Below, piece by piece: positions 35,591 to 44,985 of a stretch of DNA of 64,000 nt. The notes beneath the pieces are model-generated. The model was not told the DNA's origin. It worked only from the letters and a program-made list of their open reading frames with translations, and made no database searches. Position 1 is the first letter of the stretch; every line of letters begins with the position of its first letter. Origin of the DNA: Candidatus Multivoradales bacterium (lineage in GTDB: Bacteria > Acidobacteriota > Thermoanaerobaculia > Multivoradales > JAHEKO01); contig CBDCXM010000009.1 in the NCBI GenBank assembly GCA_965223855.1, positions 1,632,001-1,696,000 on the forward strand, in the 5' to 3' direction. The translations under genes and the position numbers were made by a program.

Positions 35591-36409
35591 ATGCCGCGCT
35601 TCCTCGCCGCTGCCGTGCAGCTCACCTCGACCTCGGACGCCGACGCCAACTGGCGCTCTGTGAAGGAGCTCGTCGCCCGGGCGGCGAGCCACGGCGCCCG
35701 CTTCGTAGCGACGCCCGAGAACACCAACTATCTCGGCCCGCACGAGGAGAAGGTGCGTCTCGCCGAGACGCTCGAAGGCCCGACCTGCTCGCGCTTCACC
35801 GAGCTGGCGGCCAAGCACGGCCTCCACCTGCTGCTCGGCTCCTTCAACGAGCGCAGCCCCGACCCGAACCGCTGCTACAACACCTCCGTCCTCTTCGGCC
35901 CCGACGGCCGGATCGTCGCCACCTACCGCAAGATCCATCTGTTCGACATCGATCTCTCCGACGACGTCCGCTTCCAGGAGTCGGCGACGGTGATGCCGGG
36001 CACAGAGGTGGTGGTGGGCGAGACGAAGCTCGGCGCCTTCGGCCTGTCGATCTGCTACGACCTGCGCTTCGGCGAGCTCTACCGCGCCTTGACTGCCCGG
36101 GGCGCGACGATCCTCACCGTCCCCTCCGCCTTCACCGCCCGCACCGGCAAGGCGCACTGGCTGCCACTCCTCCAGGCGCGCGCGATCGAGAACCAGTGCT
36201 GGCTCGTCGCCCCGGCGCAGAGCGGCCGCCACGACGACGACGGCCTGCGCGAAAGCCACGGTCACTCGCTGATCCTCGATCCCTGGGGGCAGGTCGTGGC
36301 GATGGCGCCCGAAGGGCCGGGGTTGGCGCTGGCGGAGATCGACACCGCACGGGTCGCGGACGTGCGCAGGGCGATGCCGGTGGCCGAGCATCGGCGGCTG
36401 CCGGGCTAG
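35591..36409 (+). CDS. Carbon-nitrogen hydrolase (Nit1/deaminated glutathione amidase-like)
   Basis: TPEN, YRKIHLFD, SICYDLRF, ARAIENQ, DPWG. Confidence 0.9.
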   Translation: MPRFLAAAVQLTSTSDADANWRSVKELVARAASHGARFVATPENTNYLGPHEEKVRLAETLEGPTCSRFTELAAKHGLHLLLGSFNERSPDPNRCYNTSVLFGPDGRIVATYRKIHLFDIDLSDDVRFQESATVMPGTEVVVGETKLGAFGLSICYDLRFGELYRALTARGATILTVPSAFTARTGKAHWLPLLQARAIENQCWLVAPAQSGRHDDDGLRESHGHSLILDPWGQVVAMAPEGPGLALAEIDTARVADVRRAMPVAEHRRLPG

Positions 36410-36458
36410 GCTCTCCGACAGACCACGGTTTCGGCCTTCAACCCCCTCCCTCCCCTCT

Positions 36459-36829
36459 CGCGGCCCACGGATTCAGGTCGACGAAGCCCTTTCTCTCAAC
36501 TGGCCAGCCCGACCCGACCCCAGTTGGGAGAAACCCCTTCGTCGCCCTTGACGGTAAGCAAAGCTGCAGCCTCTCCCGGGCCTGTCGGGGCGCTCCATTC
36601 CGGAGAGGCCTGAGAGTCGCTGGAGCGGGAGAACGCTCCTGAGAAGGAGCGTTTGAGCGAACTGGACTTCGAACCTCGATTCGGACTTCTGAAGCACTGC
36701 GGTGAGATCGGGAGAAGCTGTAGCGTGGCGGGTCATCAAGGGGGACGAAGGGGTTTCTCTCACCGGGGTCTGGTCGGGTTAGGCCGGTGAGAGAAAGGGC
36801 TTCGTCCCCCTGAATCCTCCAGACGCGCG
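36459..36829. repeat. Composite inverted-repeat element, copy 2 (two hairpin arms plus a 134-nt spacer)
   Basis: Hairpins at 36473-36551 and 36736-36813 are homologous to those at 20085-20460. Confidence 0.85.
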
Positions 36830-36886
36830 TTGTCGCCCAGGAACCGATCGCCAGCAGCTGAAGTCAGAGGGTGTAGGAGGTCGAAG

Positions 36887-37609
36887 ATGCGAAAGAGTCG
36901 CGAGATCGATCTGCACCCCGAGCAGGACTACTGGGCGGCGCGGGCACGAAGCGCCACCCTCGAGCGGCGGGAAGAGCGCCGCAGGCTTCAGTGGGCCGCC
37001 CTCGGAACCCTCCTTCTGCACGGTGCGCTCCTCATGCTGCGCCTGCCCGAGGGCGGCCCCTCCTTGCCACCGGAGCCGGAGCGGGTGGTCTTCGCCGTCC
37101 GCAACCACGTGCTGCGGCCCGAGCCGGAGCCGGAACCGGTGCCGGAGGTGAGGCCGGAGAGACCGGACCCGCCGACCCCCACGGTGATCGTTCCGGGGCC
37201 GCCGGAGATCGATCCGGAACCGGTGGAGACGGCGCCGGAGCCGATTCCGCTCGACCTGCCGGTCGTGGCGATGGACCCGATTCCAGTGCCTGCCGATCCG
37301 CCGCCGTCGATCGAGGCCGGGCCGGTGCGATGGGACGGCTCTCTGACGAAGCCGCAGCAGGAGTACGCGCCGTTGCCGCACTACACCGACATGGCACGTC
37401 GGGCGCGGCGGCAGGGGAAGGTGATCGTCGAAGCGGTGATCGAGGCCGACGGCCGGGTGACGGACGTCAGAGTGCTCCGCGGCCTCGGGTTCGGTCTCGA
37501 CGAATCGGCCGTGGCCACGGTGTCGACGTGGCGCTTCCGGCCGGCGATGCGCGGTGGCCGGCCGGTGGCGGTGATCTACACGCTGGTGATCAACTTCCGG
37601 CTGCAGTAG
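36887..37609 (+). CDS. TonB-family energy transducer
   Basis: TM helix with LLHG, a Pro/Glu-rich linker, and C-terminal YTDMARRARRQGKV...GLDESA...WRFRPA. Confidence 0.88.
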   Translation: MRKSREIDLHPEQDYWAARARSATLERREERRRLQWAALGTLLLHGALLMLRLPEGGPSLPPEPERVVFAVRNHVLRPEPEPEPVPEVRPERPDPPTPTVIVPGPPEIDPEPVETAPEPIPLDLPVVAMDPIPVPADPPPSIEAGPVRWDGSLTKPQQEYAPLPHYTDMARRARRQGKVIVEAVIEADGRVTDVRVLRGLGFGLDESAVATVSTWRFRPAMRGGRPVAVIYTLVINFRLQ

Positions 37610-37636
37610 CCGACTGGGCTCCGGGTTCCCGGGTGC

Positions 37637-38785
37637 TCAGCGCCCCATCAGCCCGGCCAGCAGATCGACCCCTTCCCGCAGCACCTCGGGGGGCGCCGCA
37701 GTGAAGCAGAGCCGCACGTGGGTCGGGTAGGGGCCGAAACTGGTGCCGGGGGAGAGGAAGAGACCGCGATCCGCGGCATCTTCGAGGAAGCCGGCGAGTC
37801 CCCGGTCGTCGAGGTGGTCGGCGACGTCGGGGAACAGGAAGGCGCTGCCGGCGGGCGGCTCGAGCCCGAGGCGCTCCGCGGCGTAGCGGCCGAGTTCGGC
37901 GTACTTTGAACGCGCCTCGTCTAGCCAGGTGTCACCGAGCTCGAGCGCCTTCAGGGCCGCGACCTGCGAGGCGGTCGGGGTGGAGTAGAAGGTGTGGGTG
38001 CTGACCTTGCGCAGCTCGCTCATCACCTCGGGCGGACCGACGATGTAGCCGCAGCGGTTGCCCGCCATGCCGTAGGCCTTCGAGAACGAGTGGCACGAGA
38101 AGGTCCGTTCGGGGGCGAACGCTCTCGCGTAGGTGTGGTCCCCTTCGTAGACGTAGTCCTCGTACACCTCGTCGGAGACGAGCCACAGGCCGTGCTCGCG
38201 GCACCAGCCGGCGAGCGCCTCGATCCAGTCGCGTTCGAGCAGCCGGCCGGTCGGGTTGTTGGGGGTGTTGAGGTAGAGGGCGATGGTGCGCTCGGTCCGG
38301 AGGGCCTCGACCGCTGCGACGGCCTCTTCGGTCGAGCCGACGTCGCCGACGAACGGCACGTCGACGGGCGTGCCGCCGAACGAACGGACGATGCCGGCGA
38401 TCAGCGGCCAGTAGGGAGCTAGCAGCAGGACCTCGTCGCCGGGCTCGACGATCGCCCCAGCCATGGCGCCGAGGGCACCGGTCGCGCCGGCTGCGACGAG
38501 TACCTGCCCGGGCTCGGTGGCGACACCGGCGCGCTCGGCGACGTGCTCGGCGACAGCGGTCCGCAGGTCGGGTCGCCCCTGTGGCTGCGCGTAGCGGTGC
38601 AGCCCCGGCCAGTCCTGCTCGGAGAGGTCTTCCATCCGGCAGCCGACGGCGGGCTCCATCCAGGTGTCGCCGACGTGAAACGGGTAGATCGTCCCCTCGA
38701 AGGTCGACATCTTTCGCGCCAGAGCGGTGTAGACCGAGCCGGGCATCGAGCGAACGTTGGCGGAGACTTGCGGCGGTCGCGGCAT
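37637..38785 (-). CDS. PLP-dependent aminotransferase, class I/II
   Basis: NTPNNPTG, SDEVY, SFSKAYGMAGNRCG. Confidence 0.92.
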   Translation of the reverse strand: MPRPPQVSANVRSMPGSVYTALARKMSTFEGTIYPFHVGDTWMEPAVGCRMEDLSEQDWPGLHRYAQPQGRPDLRTAVAEHVAERAGVATEPGQVLVAAGATGALGAMAGAIVEPGDEVLLLAPYWPLIAGIVRSFGGTPVDVPFVGDVGSTEEAVAAVEALRTERTIALYLNTPNNPTGRLLERDWIEALAGWCREHGLWLVSDEVYEDYVYEGDHTYARAFAPERTFSCHSFSKAYGMAGNRCGYIVGPPEVMSELRKVSTHTFYSTPTASQVAALKALELGDTWLDEARSKYAELGRYAAERLGLEPPAGSAFLFPDVADHLDDRGLAGFLEDAADRGLFLSPGTSFGPYPTHVRLCFTAAPPEVLREGVDLLAGLMGR

Positions 38786-38882
38786 GGCGGGAATCTATCG
38801 CGCCGCGGGGACACGGTGGTGTCCTGCCCGGGACACGACACGGGGAGATCAGGCCGCCGTGGAGCTGTGATAGAGAACTGGC

Positions 38883-40481
38883 ATGTCCGAAGCGTCGCTC
38901 TACGAGCAGGTGCTGGCTCAGGTGGCCGGTGGGTCGGGAGGAGGGTCGCTCGTCGCCTCGCCGCCGCCGCGGGCGTCGGCGTCGATCGTGCCGTGGCGCG
39001 GCTCGGGTGCGGGTCTCGAGCTGTACTGGGTCAAGCGCTCGCCGACGATGAAGTTCATGGGCGGGTGGCACGCCTTCCCCGGCGGCGGCGTTTCGAAGCG
39101 CGACGTGACGACCGCCGTGAGGGGCGAGCCGGCAGGGCTCGAAGGGGCTCCACTGGAGGCGGCGATGCCGGAGAGCGTCCTCGACGGCATCGGCGAGCTG
39201 ACGCCGGTCCTCGCCCCCGGCGTGGTGGCCGCAGCGCTGCGGGAGGCGTTCGAGGAAATCGGGATTCTCCCCGGGCTGACGATCGATGGAGCTCGCCTGC
39301 TGGAGGCGCGCAGGCGGCTCGTCGGGCGTGAGTCGACGCTCGACGGGATCGCGACCGAACTCGAGATCGAGCTCGATGCCTCCCGTCTGAGCTACGCCGG
39401 ACGGTGGCTCACGCCGCCGCTCGGACCGGTGCGCTTCGACAACCGCTTCTTCCTTCTCGAATGGTCTGAGGCCGAACCTCTGCAGCCGGTCATCGACGGT
39501 GACGAGATCGTCGAGGGGGAGTGGATCCGGCCGCTCGAGGCGCTCGACCGGTGGCGGCGCGGCAAGGTGATCGCGGCACCGCCCATCCTCCATCTGCTGC
39601 GGGTGATGGCCGAGGACGGCCCGGTTGCAGGGCGCGCGCGGCTGCTCGAACCGGAGGAGGCGAACCTCGGCGCCTTCCGCAACGTCGAGTTCCGGCCCGG
39701 CGTCGTGCTGCTGCCGGTGCGGACCCCGACCCTGCCCCCCGCCGCCTTCACTAACTGCTACCTGCTCGGCTTCGAGTCGGCGGTGCTGGTGGACCCGGGA
39801 AGCCCGTTCGAGCGCGAGATCGACTGGCTGGAAGGGGCGGTCGCCGCGGCCGAGGAGCGTCTCGGCCGCCGGGTGGGTGAGATCTGGCTCACTCACCACC
39901 ATCCCGATCACGTGGGTGGCGCGATGGCGCTGCGGGAGCGCTGTGGTCTGCCGATTGCCGCACATGCCGACACGGCGGCGCGGCTCGAGGGACAGGTGAC
40001 GATCGATCGGTGGATCGAGGACGGCGAGACGACGCGGCTCGGGGAGGGTTTCACCGTGCGTGCGCTCCATACTCCGGGGCACGCGCGTGGGCACCTCGCC
40101 TTTCTGCACGAGGAGCTCGGGTCGCTCCTGACCGGGGATGTGGTGGCGGGTTTCGGCACGATCGTCATCGATCCGCCGGAGGGCGACATGGCTCAGTACC
40201 TCGAGACGCTGACGGTGCTCGAAGAGCTCGGCCCACGCACTCTCTTCCCGGCTCACGGCCCGACGCTGCTCGACGCCGTCGGCACGCTGGCGGAGTATCG
40301 GCAGCATCGCCTGTGGCGCGAAGAGCGGGTGTTCGACGCCTGGCAGGGGGGAGAGCGGGAGCTCGGGGACCTGCGGGCCGCGGTCTACGAGGACCTCTCG
40401 CCGATGGCGTTCCCGCTCGCCGAGCGCCAGGTGAGCGCCCACCTCGAGCGCCTGCGGGCCCTCGGCCGCATCGACGCGTGA
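38883..40481 (+). CDS. Nudix hydrolase + metallo-beta-lactamase (LACTB2-like) fusion
   Basis: FPGG...AALREAFEEIG, WLTP...RFDNRFF; then THHHPDHVGG, TPGH, TGD, PAHG and a C-terminal winged helix. Confidence 0.85.
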   Translation: MSEASLYEQVLAQVAGGSGGGSLVASPPPRASASIVPWRGSGAGLELYWVKRSPTMKFMGGWHAFPGGGVSKRDVTTAVRGEPAGLEGAPLEAAMPESVLDGIGELTPVLAPGVVAAALREAFEEIGILPGLTIDGARLLEARRRLVGRESTLDGIATELEIELDASRLSYAGRWLTPPLGPVRFDNRFFLLEWSEAEPLQPVIDGDEIVEGEWIRPLEALDRWRRGKVIAAPPILHLLRVMAEDGPVAGRARLLEPEEANLGAFRNVEFRPGVVLLPVRTPTLPPAAFTNCYLLGFESAVLVDPGSPFEREIDWLEGAVAAAEERLGRRVGEIWLTHHHPDHVGGAMALRERCGLPIAAHADTAARLEGQVTIDRWIEDGETTRLGEGFTVRALHTPGHARGHLAFLHEELGSLLTGDVVAGFGTIVIDPPEGDMAQYLETLTVLEELGPRTLFPAHGPTLLDAVGTLAEYRQHRLWREERVFDAWQGGERELGDLRAAVYEDLSPMAFPLAERQVSAHLERLRALGRIDA

Positions 40482-42577
40482 CGGTGGGACAGGTTGGGAA
40501 GAGACCGGTTGCGCCGGTCGCTCGGCGCGAGCGCCGCACCCGGGTCGTCCACGGCCGTGAGCTGGTCGACGACTACGACTGGCTCAGAGAGCGCGAAGCT
40601 CCCGAAGTGCGCGCGCATCTCGAGGCGGAGAACGCCCATACCGAAGCGGTGACCGCCGATCTCGAGGAGCTGCGCGAGAGGCTCTACGAGGAGATGCTCG
40701 GCAGGATCGAGGAGACCGACGTCTCGGCGCCGACCCGCGACGGCGACTGGGACTACTACGTCCGCACCGCCCGAGGGCTTGCCTACCCGATCCACTGTCG
40801 CCGGCCGGCGAGCGATCGGCCGCTGACCACCGCCGAGCCACACGAGGAGGTGCTCCTCGACGTCAACGACCTGGCGAGCGGTCATGACTTCTTCGAGATC
40901 GGTGCCCTGGCGTTGTCGCACGATCACCGGCTCCTCGCGTACTCCTACGACACCGATGGCGACGAGCGGTTCCGCCTCGTGATCAAGGACCTGGAGAGCG
41001 GCGAGCTTCTGCCCGACGTCATCGAGGACGTTTACTACCCGCTCGCCTGGGCGACCGACGACCGGACCTTCTTCTACGCCACGCTCGACGACGCTCACCG
41101 GCCGTGGCGCATCGTCCGCCACCGACTGGGGGAGGCGCCCGCGGACGACGTCGTCGTCTTCGAAGAGGGCGACGAACGTTTCTTCGTCGATGTGTCACTG
41201 ACCCGCAGCAAGCGTTTCCTGGTGATCTCGAGCGCCAGTTCGGTGACTTCGGAGTGCCATCTGCTGGAAGCCGACGAGCCGGGGGGCGTCTGGCGCTGTT
41301 TCGCTCGGCGACGCCACGAGGTGGAGTACGACGTCGATCACCTCGTCGATCGCGGTGGCGAGCGGTTCCTCGTTCTCACCAATCTCGAGGCGAAGAACTT
41401 CCGGATCGTCGAGGCCGACGTCGACCGCACGGAGATGGCCGCCTGGCGCGACTGGATCCCTCATCGTGAGGAGGTAACGCTCGAGTGGCTCGACGTGTTC
41501 GCCGACCGGGTCGTGGTGGGGGAGCGCCAGGACGGTCTCGTCCACTTGCGGGTCAGGTCGCTCGTCGACGGTTCCGACCATCGGATCGAGATGCCGGAGG
41601 AGGCCTACTCGATCGGCGGTGGTGGCAACCCGGAGTTCGAGACCGATCGCTACCGCTTCGGCTACTCGTCGCTCGTCACTCCCTCGACGGTTTTCGATTA
41701 CCACGTCGAGCAGCGCCGCCTCGAGGTGGTTCGGCGTCAGCCGGTCCTCGGAGGTTACGATCCCGGCGTCTACGTCACCCGCCGTATTCACGCCGAGGCG
41801 GCGGACGGCACTTCGGTGCCGGTGACCGTCGTCCACCGGCGCGACCTCTCCCTCGACGGCTGCAACCCGTGCCTCCTCTACGGCTACGGTGCCTACGGGA
41901 TGACGATCGACCCTTCGTTTTCGTCGCTCACCGTGAGCCTGCTCGACCGCGGGTTCGTCTACGCCATCGCCCATGTCCGTGGGGGCGCCCTGCTGGGCGA
42001 GCGCTGGCACGACGACGGCAAGCTGCTCGCCAAGAGGAACAGCTTCACCGATTTCGTCGTCGCCGCCGAGCACCTGATCGGGAGCGGCTACACCCGGCCG
42101 TCGAGGCTCGCGATCCGCGGCGGCAGCGCGGGCGGTCTGCTGGTCGGGGCGGCCACCAACCTGGCGCCCGAGACGTTCGCCGTCGTGCTGGCGGCCGTGC
42201 CGTTCGTCGACGTCGTCAACACCATGCTCGACGACACCCTGCCGCTGACCGTCATCGAGTACGAGGAGTGGGGCGATCCGGTCGAGCGTGAGGCGTTCGA
42301 GGCGATGCTCGACTACTCGCCCTACGACAACGTCCGTGACGCCGACTACCCCGCGATGCTGGTGACGGCGGGCTTCAACGATCCCCGGGTGCAGTACTGG
42401 GAGCCCGCCAAATGGGTCGCGAAGCTGCGCCGGCACCAGCAGGGGGAACGGCCGATCCTGCTCAAGACCGACCTCGGCTCCGGGCATGGCGGGCCGAGCG
42501 GGCGCTACGCCTATCTGCGTGAGCGGGCGTTCGAGTACGCCTTCCTGATCGACCGATTGCGCGCTTCGCCGGCGTGA
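40478..42577 (+). CDS. ptrB: Oligopeptidase B (S9A)
   Basis: DDYDWLR, LYGYGAYG, GGSAGG, EYEEWGDP, DPRVQYWEPAKW, GHGG. Confidence 0.93.
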   Translation: MTVGQVGKRPVAPVARRERRTRVVHGRELVDDYDWLREREAPEVRAHLEAENAHTEAVTADLEELRERLYEEMLGRIEETDVSAPTRDGDWDYYVRTARGLAYPIHCRRPASDRPLTTAEPHEEVLLDVNDLASGHDFFEIGALALSHDHRLLAYSYDTDGDERFRLVIKDLESGELLPDVIEDVYYPLAWATDDRTFFYATLDDAHRPWRIVRHRLGEAPADDVVVFEEGDERFFVDVSLTRSKRFLVISSASSVTSECHLLEADEPGGVWRCFARRRHEVEYDVDHLVDRGGERFLVLTNLEAKNFRIVEADVDRTEMAAWRDWIPHREEVTLEWLDVFADRVVVGERQDGLVHLRVRSLVDGSDHRIEMPEEAYSIGGGGNPEFETDRYRFGYSSLVTPSTVFDYHVEQRRLEVVRRQPVLGGYDPGVYVTRRIHAEAADGTSVPVTVVHRRDLSLDGCNPCLLYGYGAYGMTIDPSFSSLTVSLLDRGFVYAIAHVRGGALLGERWHDDGKLLAKRNSFTDFVVAAEHLIGSGYTRPSRLAIRGGSAGGLLVGAATNLAPETFAVVLAAVPFVDVVNTMLDDTLPLTVIEYEEWGDPVEREAFEAMLDYSPYDNVRDADYPAMLVTAGFNDPRVQYWEPAKWVAKLRRHQQGERPILLKTDLGSGHGGPSGRYAYLRERAFEYAFLIDRLRASPA

Positions 42578-42607
42578 TAGAACAGCGCCGTGAGCGGCGG
42601 CGGCAGC

Positions 42608-43003
42608 ATGGGCGACTTCGCCTCGGAGACGGTCACGCGGGGTATTCGTGTGCGCGTCGATCCGTGCTTCGACCCGCAGCGGTCGCAACCCGCTCACGGC
42701 AAGTGGTTCTTCCTCTATCGGGTCACGATCCGCAACGAGAGTGCGGACACGGTGCAACTCCTGACCCGCCACTGGGTCATCACCGACGGCATCGGCCGGG
42801 TGGAGGAGGTACGCGGCCCCGGGGTGGTCGGCGAGCAGCCCGTGCTGGCCCCCGGTGAGGCGTTCGAGTACACGAGCGGCTGCCCGCTGACGACCGACGT
42901 CGGCAAGATGGAGGGGAGCTACCAGATGGTCGACGGCGACGGCGAACCGTTTGACGTCGATATTGCGCCCTTCGTGTTGTGCGAGGAGGCCACGGTACAT
43001 TAG
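42608..43003 (+). CDS. apaG: ApaG
   Basis: QLLTRHWVITDG, GPGVVGEQP, FEYTSGC, GKMEGSY. Confidence 0.93.
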   Translation: MGDFASETVTRGIRVRVDPCFDPQRSQPAHGKWFFLYRVTIRNESADTVQLLTRHWVITDGIGRVEEVRGPGVVGEQPVLAPGEAFEYTSGCPLTTDVGKMEGSYQMVDGDGEPFDVDIAPFVLCEEATVH

Positions 43004-43148
43004 GTCGTAGAGAGCCCGCCGGGCTGGTTGCGGCGGGGCCCCGGTTCCGCCGCCCGGAATCTGCACGCCCTCGAGCCCTCGGCCGCAGAGAGGAGAGAAC
43101 GCTGATCCGTCGCAGTCTCGATCGACCGATGAGCTTCGGTGCCCGCCG

Positions 43149-43763
43149 TTGAACGTGCCGGACTGGGTCGAGGGTGCGCGCTACGTGCTCGCGGCCGCGC
43201 TGTGGGTGATGATGCCGGCGGCGGTCGCGTTCTGGCTCCTGATCCACCCGCTCGCCCGGTTCTGGCGCAAGGTCGGTCCCGCCGTCACCTACTCGGTCGC
43301 CGTCGTCGTGATGGCCGTCGTCGGAGCGGTCTCCTGGCTTTTCCACGAGCAGGCCCTGGCGGATCGGCCAGCGATGAAGGCGACGCTGATCGTGGCGGGC
43401 GCCGTGCTGTACGGGTTCGCGGTCGTCATCGAGCGCAAGTGCCGGCGCTATCTCAAGCTGAGAACGCTGGTCGGGGTTCCCGAGGTGACGGAGGGGGAGG
43501 TCGGCGTCCTGCTGACCGAAGGCATCTACGCCCACACCCGCAACCCGCGCTACCTCGACCTTGCCGTCGGCCTCGGCGGCTGGGCGCTGATTCTCAACAT
43601 CCCGGCCCTCTACTGGATGATCGGCACGGCGATCGTCGCCGTCTACCTGATCGCCGTCCTCGAGGAGCGCGAGCTGAGCGACCGCTTCGGCGCTCCGTAC
43701 GAGGAGTACCGGAAGCGGGTGCCGAGGATGTTGCCGCGGTCCTGGGCGTTTCTGCGTTCGTAG
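43149..43763 (+). CDS. Isoprenylcysteine carboxylmethyltransferase/PEMT-family membrane protein
   Basis: GIYAHTRNPRY and EERELSDRFGAPYEEYRKRVPR. Confidence 0.85.
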   Translation: MNVPDWVEGARYVLAAALWVMMPAAVAFWLLIHPLARFWRKVGPAVTYSVAVVVMAVVGAVSWLFHEQALADRPAMKATLIVAGAVLYGFAVVIERKCRRYLKLRTLVGVPEVTEGEVGVLLTEGIYAHTRNPRYLDLAVGLGGWALILNIPALYWMIGTAIVAVYLIAVLEERELSDRFGAPYEEYRKRVPRMLPRSWAFLRS

Positions 43764-43782
43764 CTCGGTCGGCTGCGCGCTG

Positions 43783-44949
43783 CTAGCTTCCAGCGACCGG
43801 CGCCGGCGCCCACCGCTCGTAGAGCGCATCGACGAGGATCTCGCGGGCCCGGGCGACGATCTCGTCGAGCGCGGGCGTTTGAGCGAAGGTCTCCTCGGCC
43901 TTGCGGCGCAGCGCGTCGAGACTCGGCAGTTCCGGCAGGTGGACGTCGCTGAGCAGAGCCGCGAGTTGCTCGCGCGCCTCGGCGGACCGCTCGCGCACTG
44001 TCTCCAGAGCGGTGCTCTGCTCGAAGACCTCCCTCGCCTGCGCGCTCAATCGCTCGAGGCGAAAGTGCTCTGCGAGCTGCTGGGCGACTCGCTCGACGAT
44101 CGGCGTCGGCGGCCGTCGGCTTCCTGCCAGAACCTCTCTCGGCGGCGAGCGGAGGTCCCAGACGACGCCGACCCAGGAGAGCATCTTCAGAACGTAGTAG
44201 GTGACGTCGATCTCCCACCATCGGAAGCCCTGGCGGGTCGACGACTGGTAGTAGTGATGGTTGTTGTGCCACCCCTCGCCGAGGGTGATGAGAGCGAGCC
44301 ACAGGTTGTTGCGGGAGTCGTCGCCGGTGACGTAGCGCTGGCGGCCGAAGCAGTGGGCCATCGAGTTGATGGCGAAGGTGCCGTGGTAGGTCAGCACCGT
44401 GCTCCAGAAGAAGCCGACGACCAACCCCGGCAGTCCGTCGATCGCGAGACAGATCGCACCGAGGACCACCGCAGGCAGGAGCTTGCGCCGGTCGAGCCAC
44501 ACGAGCTCGGGATAGCGGGTGAGATCGGGGATCGAGGAGTAGTCGGCGGTCGAATGAGGCCGATGGAAGATCCAGCCGAGATGGGCGAAGACGAAGCCGT
44601 GCTGAGCGGGCGAGTGCACGTCGGTCGGCAGGTCGGAGTGTGCGTGATGCTCGCGGTGCTTGGCGGCCCACCACAGCGTGCCCGACTGCGCCGACATCTG
44701 GGCGACGAAGGCTAGCACGAACTGGAAGACTCGCGAGGTCTTGAAACTGCGGTGCGAGAAGTAGCGATGAAAGCCGGCGGTGATGGCGAACATCCGGAGC
44801 AGATAGAAGGCGACACACAGCGCCAGCGAGGTCACGGTCACGCCGGTCCACAACGCGGCGAAACAGGCGAGGTGAACCAGTGCGAAGGAGACGACGGACG
44901 GATAGATGATGTCGTCGTGTTCGTGGGGTGCGGTGTGTGTCGAGTCCAT
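43783..44949 (-). CDS. Delta-9 acyl-lipid/acyl-CoA desaturase with a C-terminal helical extension
   Basis: His boxes HRYFSH, HREHH, GEGWHNNHH. Confidence 0.92.
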   Translation of the reverse strand: MDSTHTAPHEHDDIIYPSVVSFALVHLACFAALWTGVTVTSLALCVAFYLLRMFAITAGFHRYFSHRSFKTSRVFQFVLAFVAQMSAQSGTLWWAAKHREHHAHSDLPTDVHSPAQHGFVFAHLGWIFHRPHSTADYSSIPDLTRYPELVWLDRRKLLPAVVLGAICLAIDGLPGLVVGFFWSTVLTYHGTFAINSMAHCFGRQRYVTGDDSRNNLWLALITLGEGWHNNHHYYQSSTRQGFRWWEIDVTYYVLKMLSWVGVVWDLRSPPREVLAGSRRPPTPIVERVAQQLAEHFRLERLSAQAREVFEQSTALETVRERSAEAREQLAALLSDVHLPELPSLDALRRKAEETFAQTPALDEIVARAREILVDALYERWAPAPVAGS

Positions 44950-44985
44950 CGGGTCTTCCTTTCGGCTCTCCAGGCCTCCGGGCGT

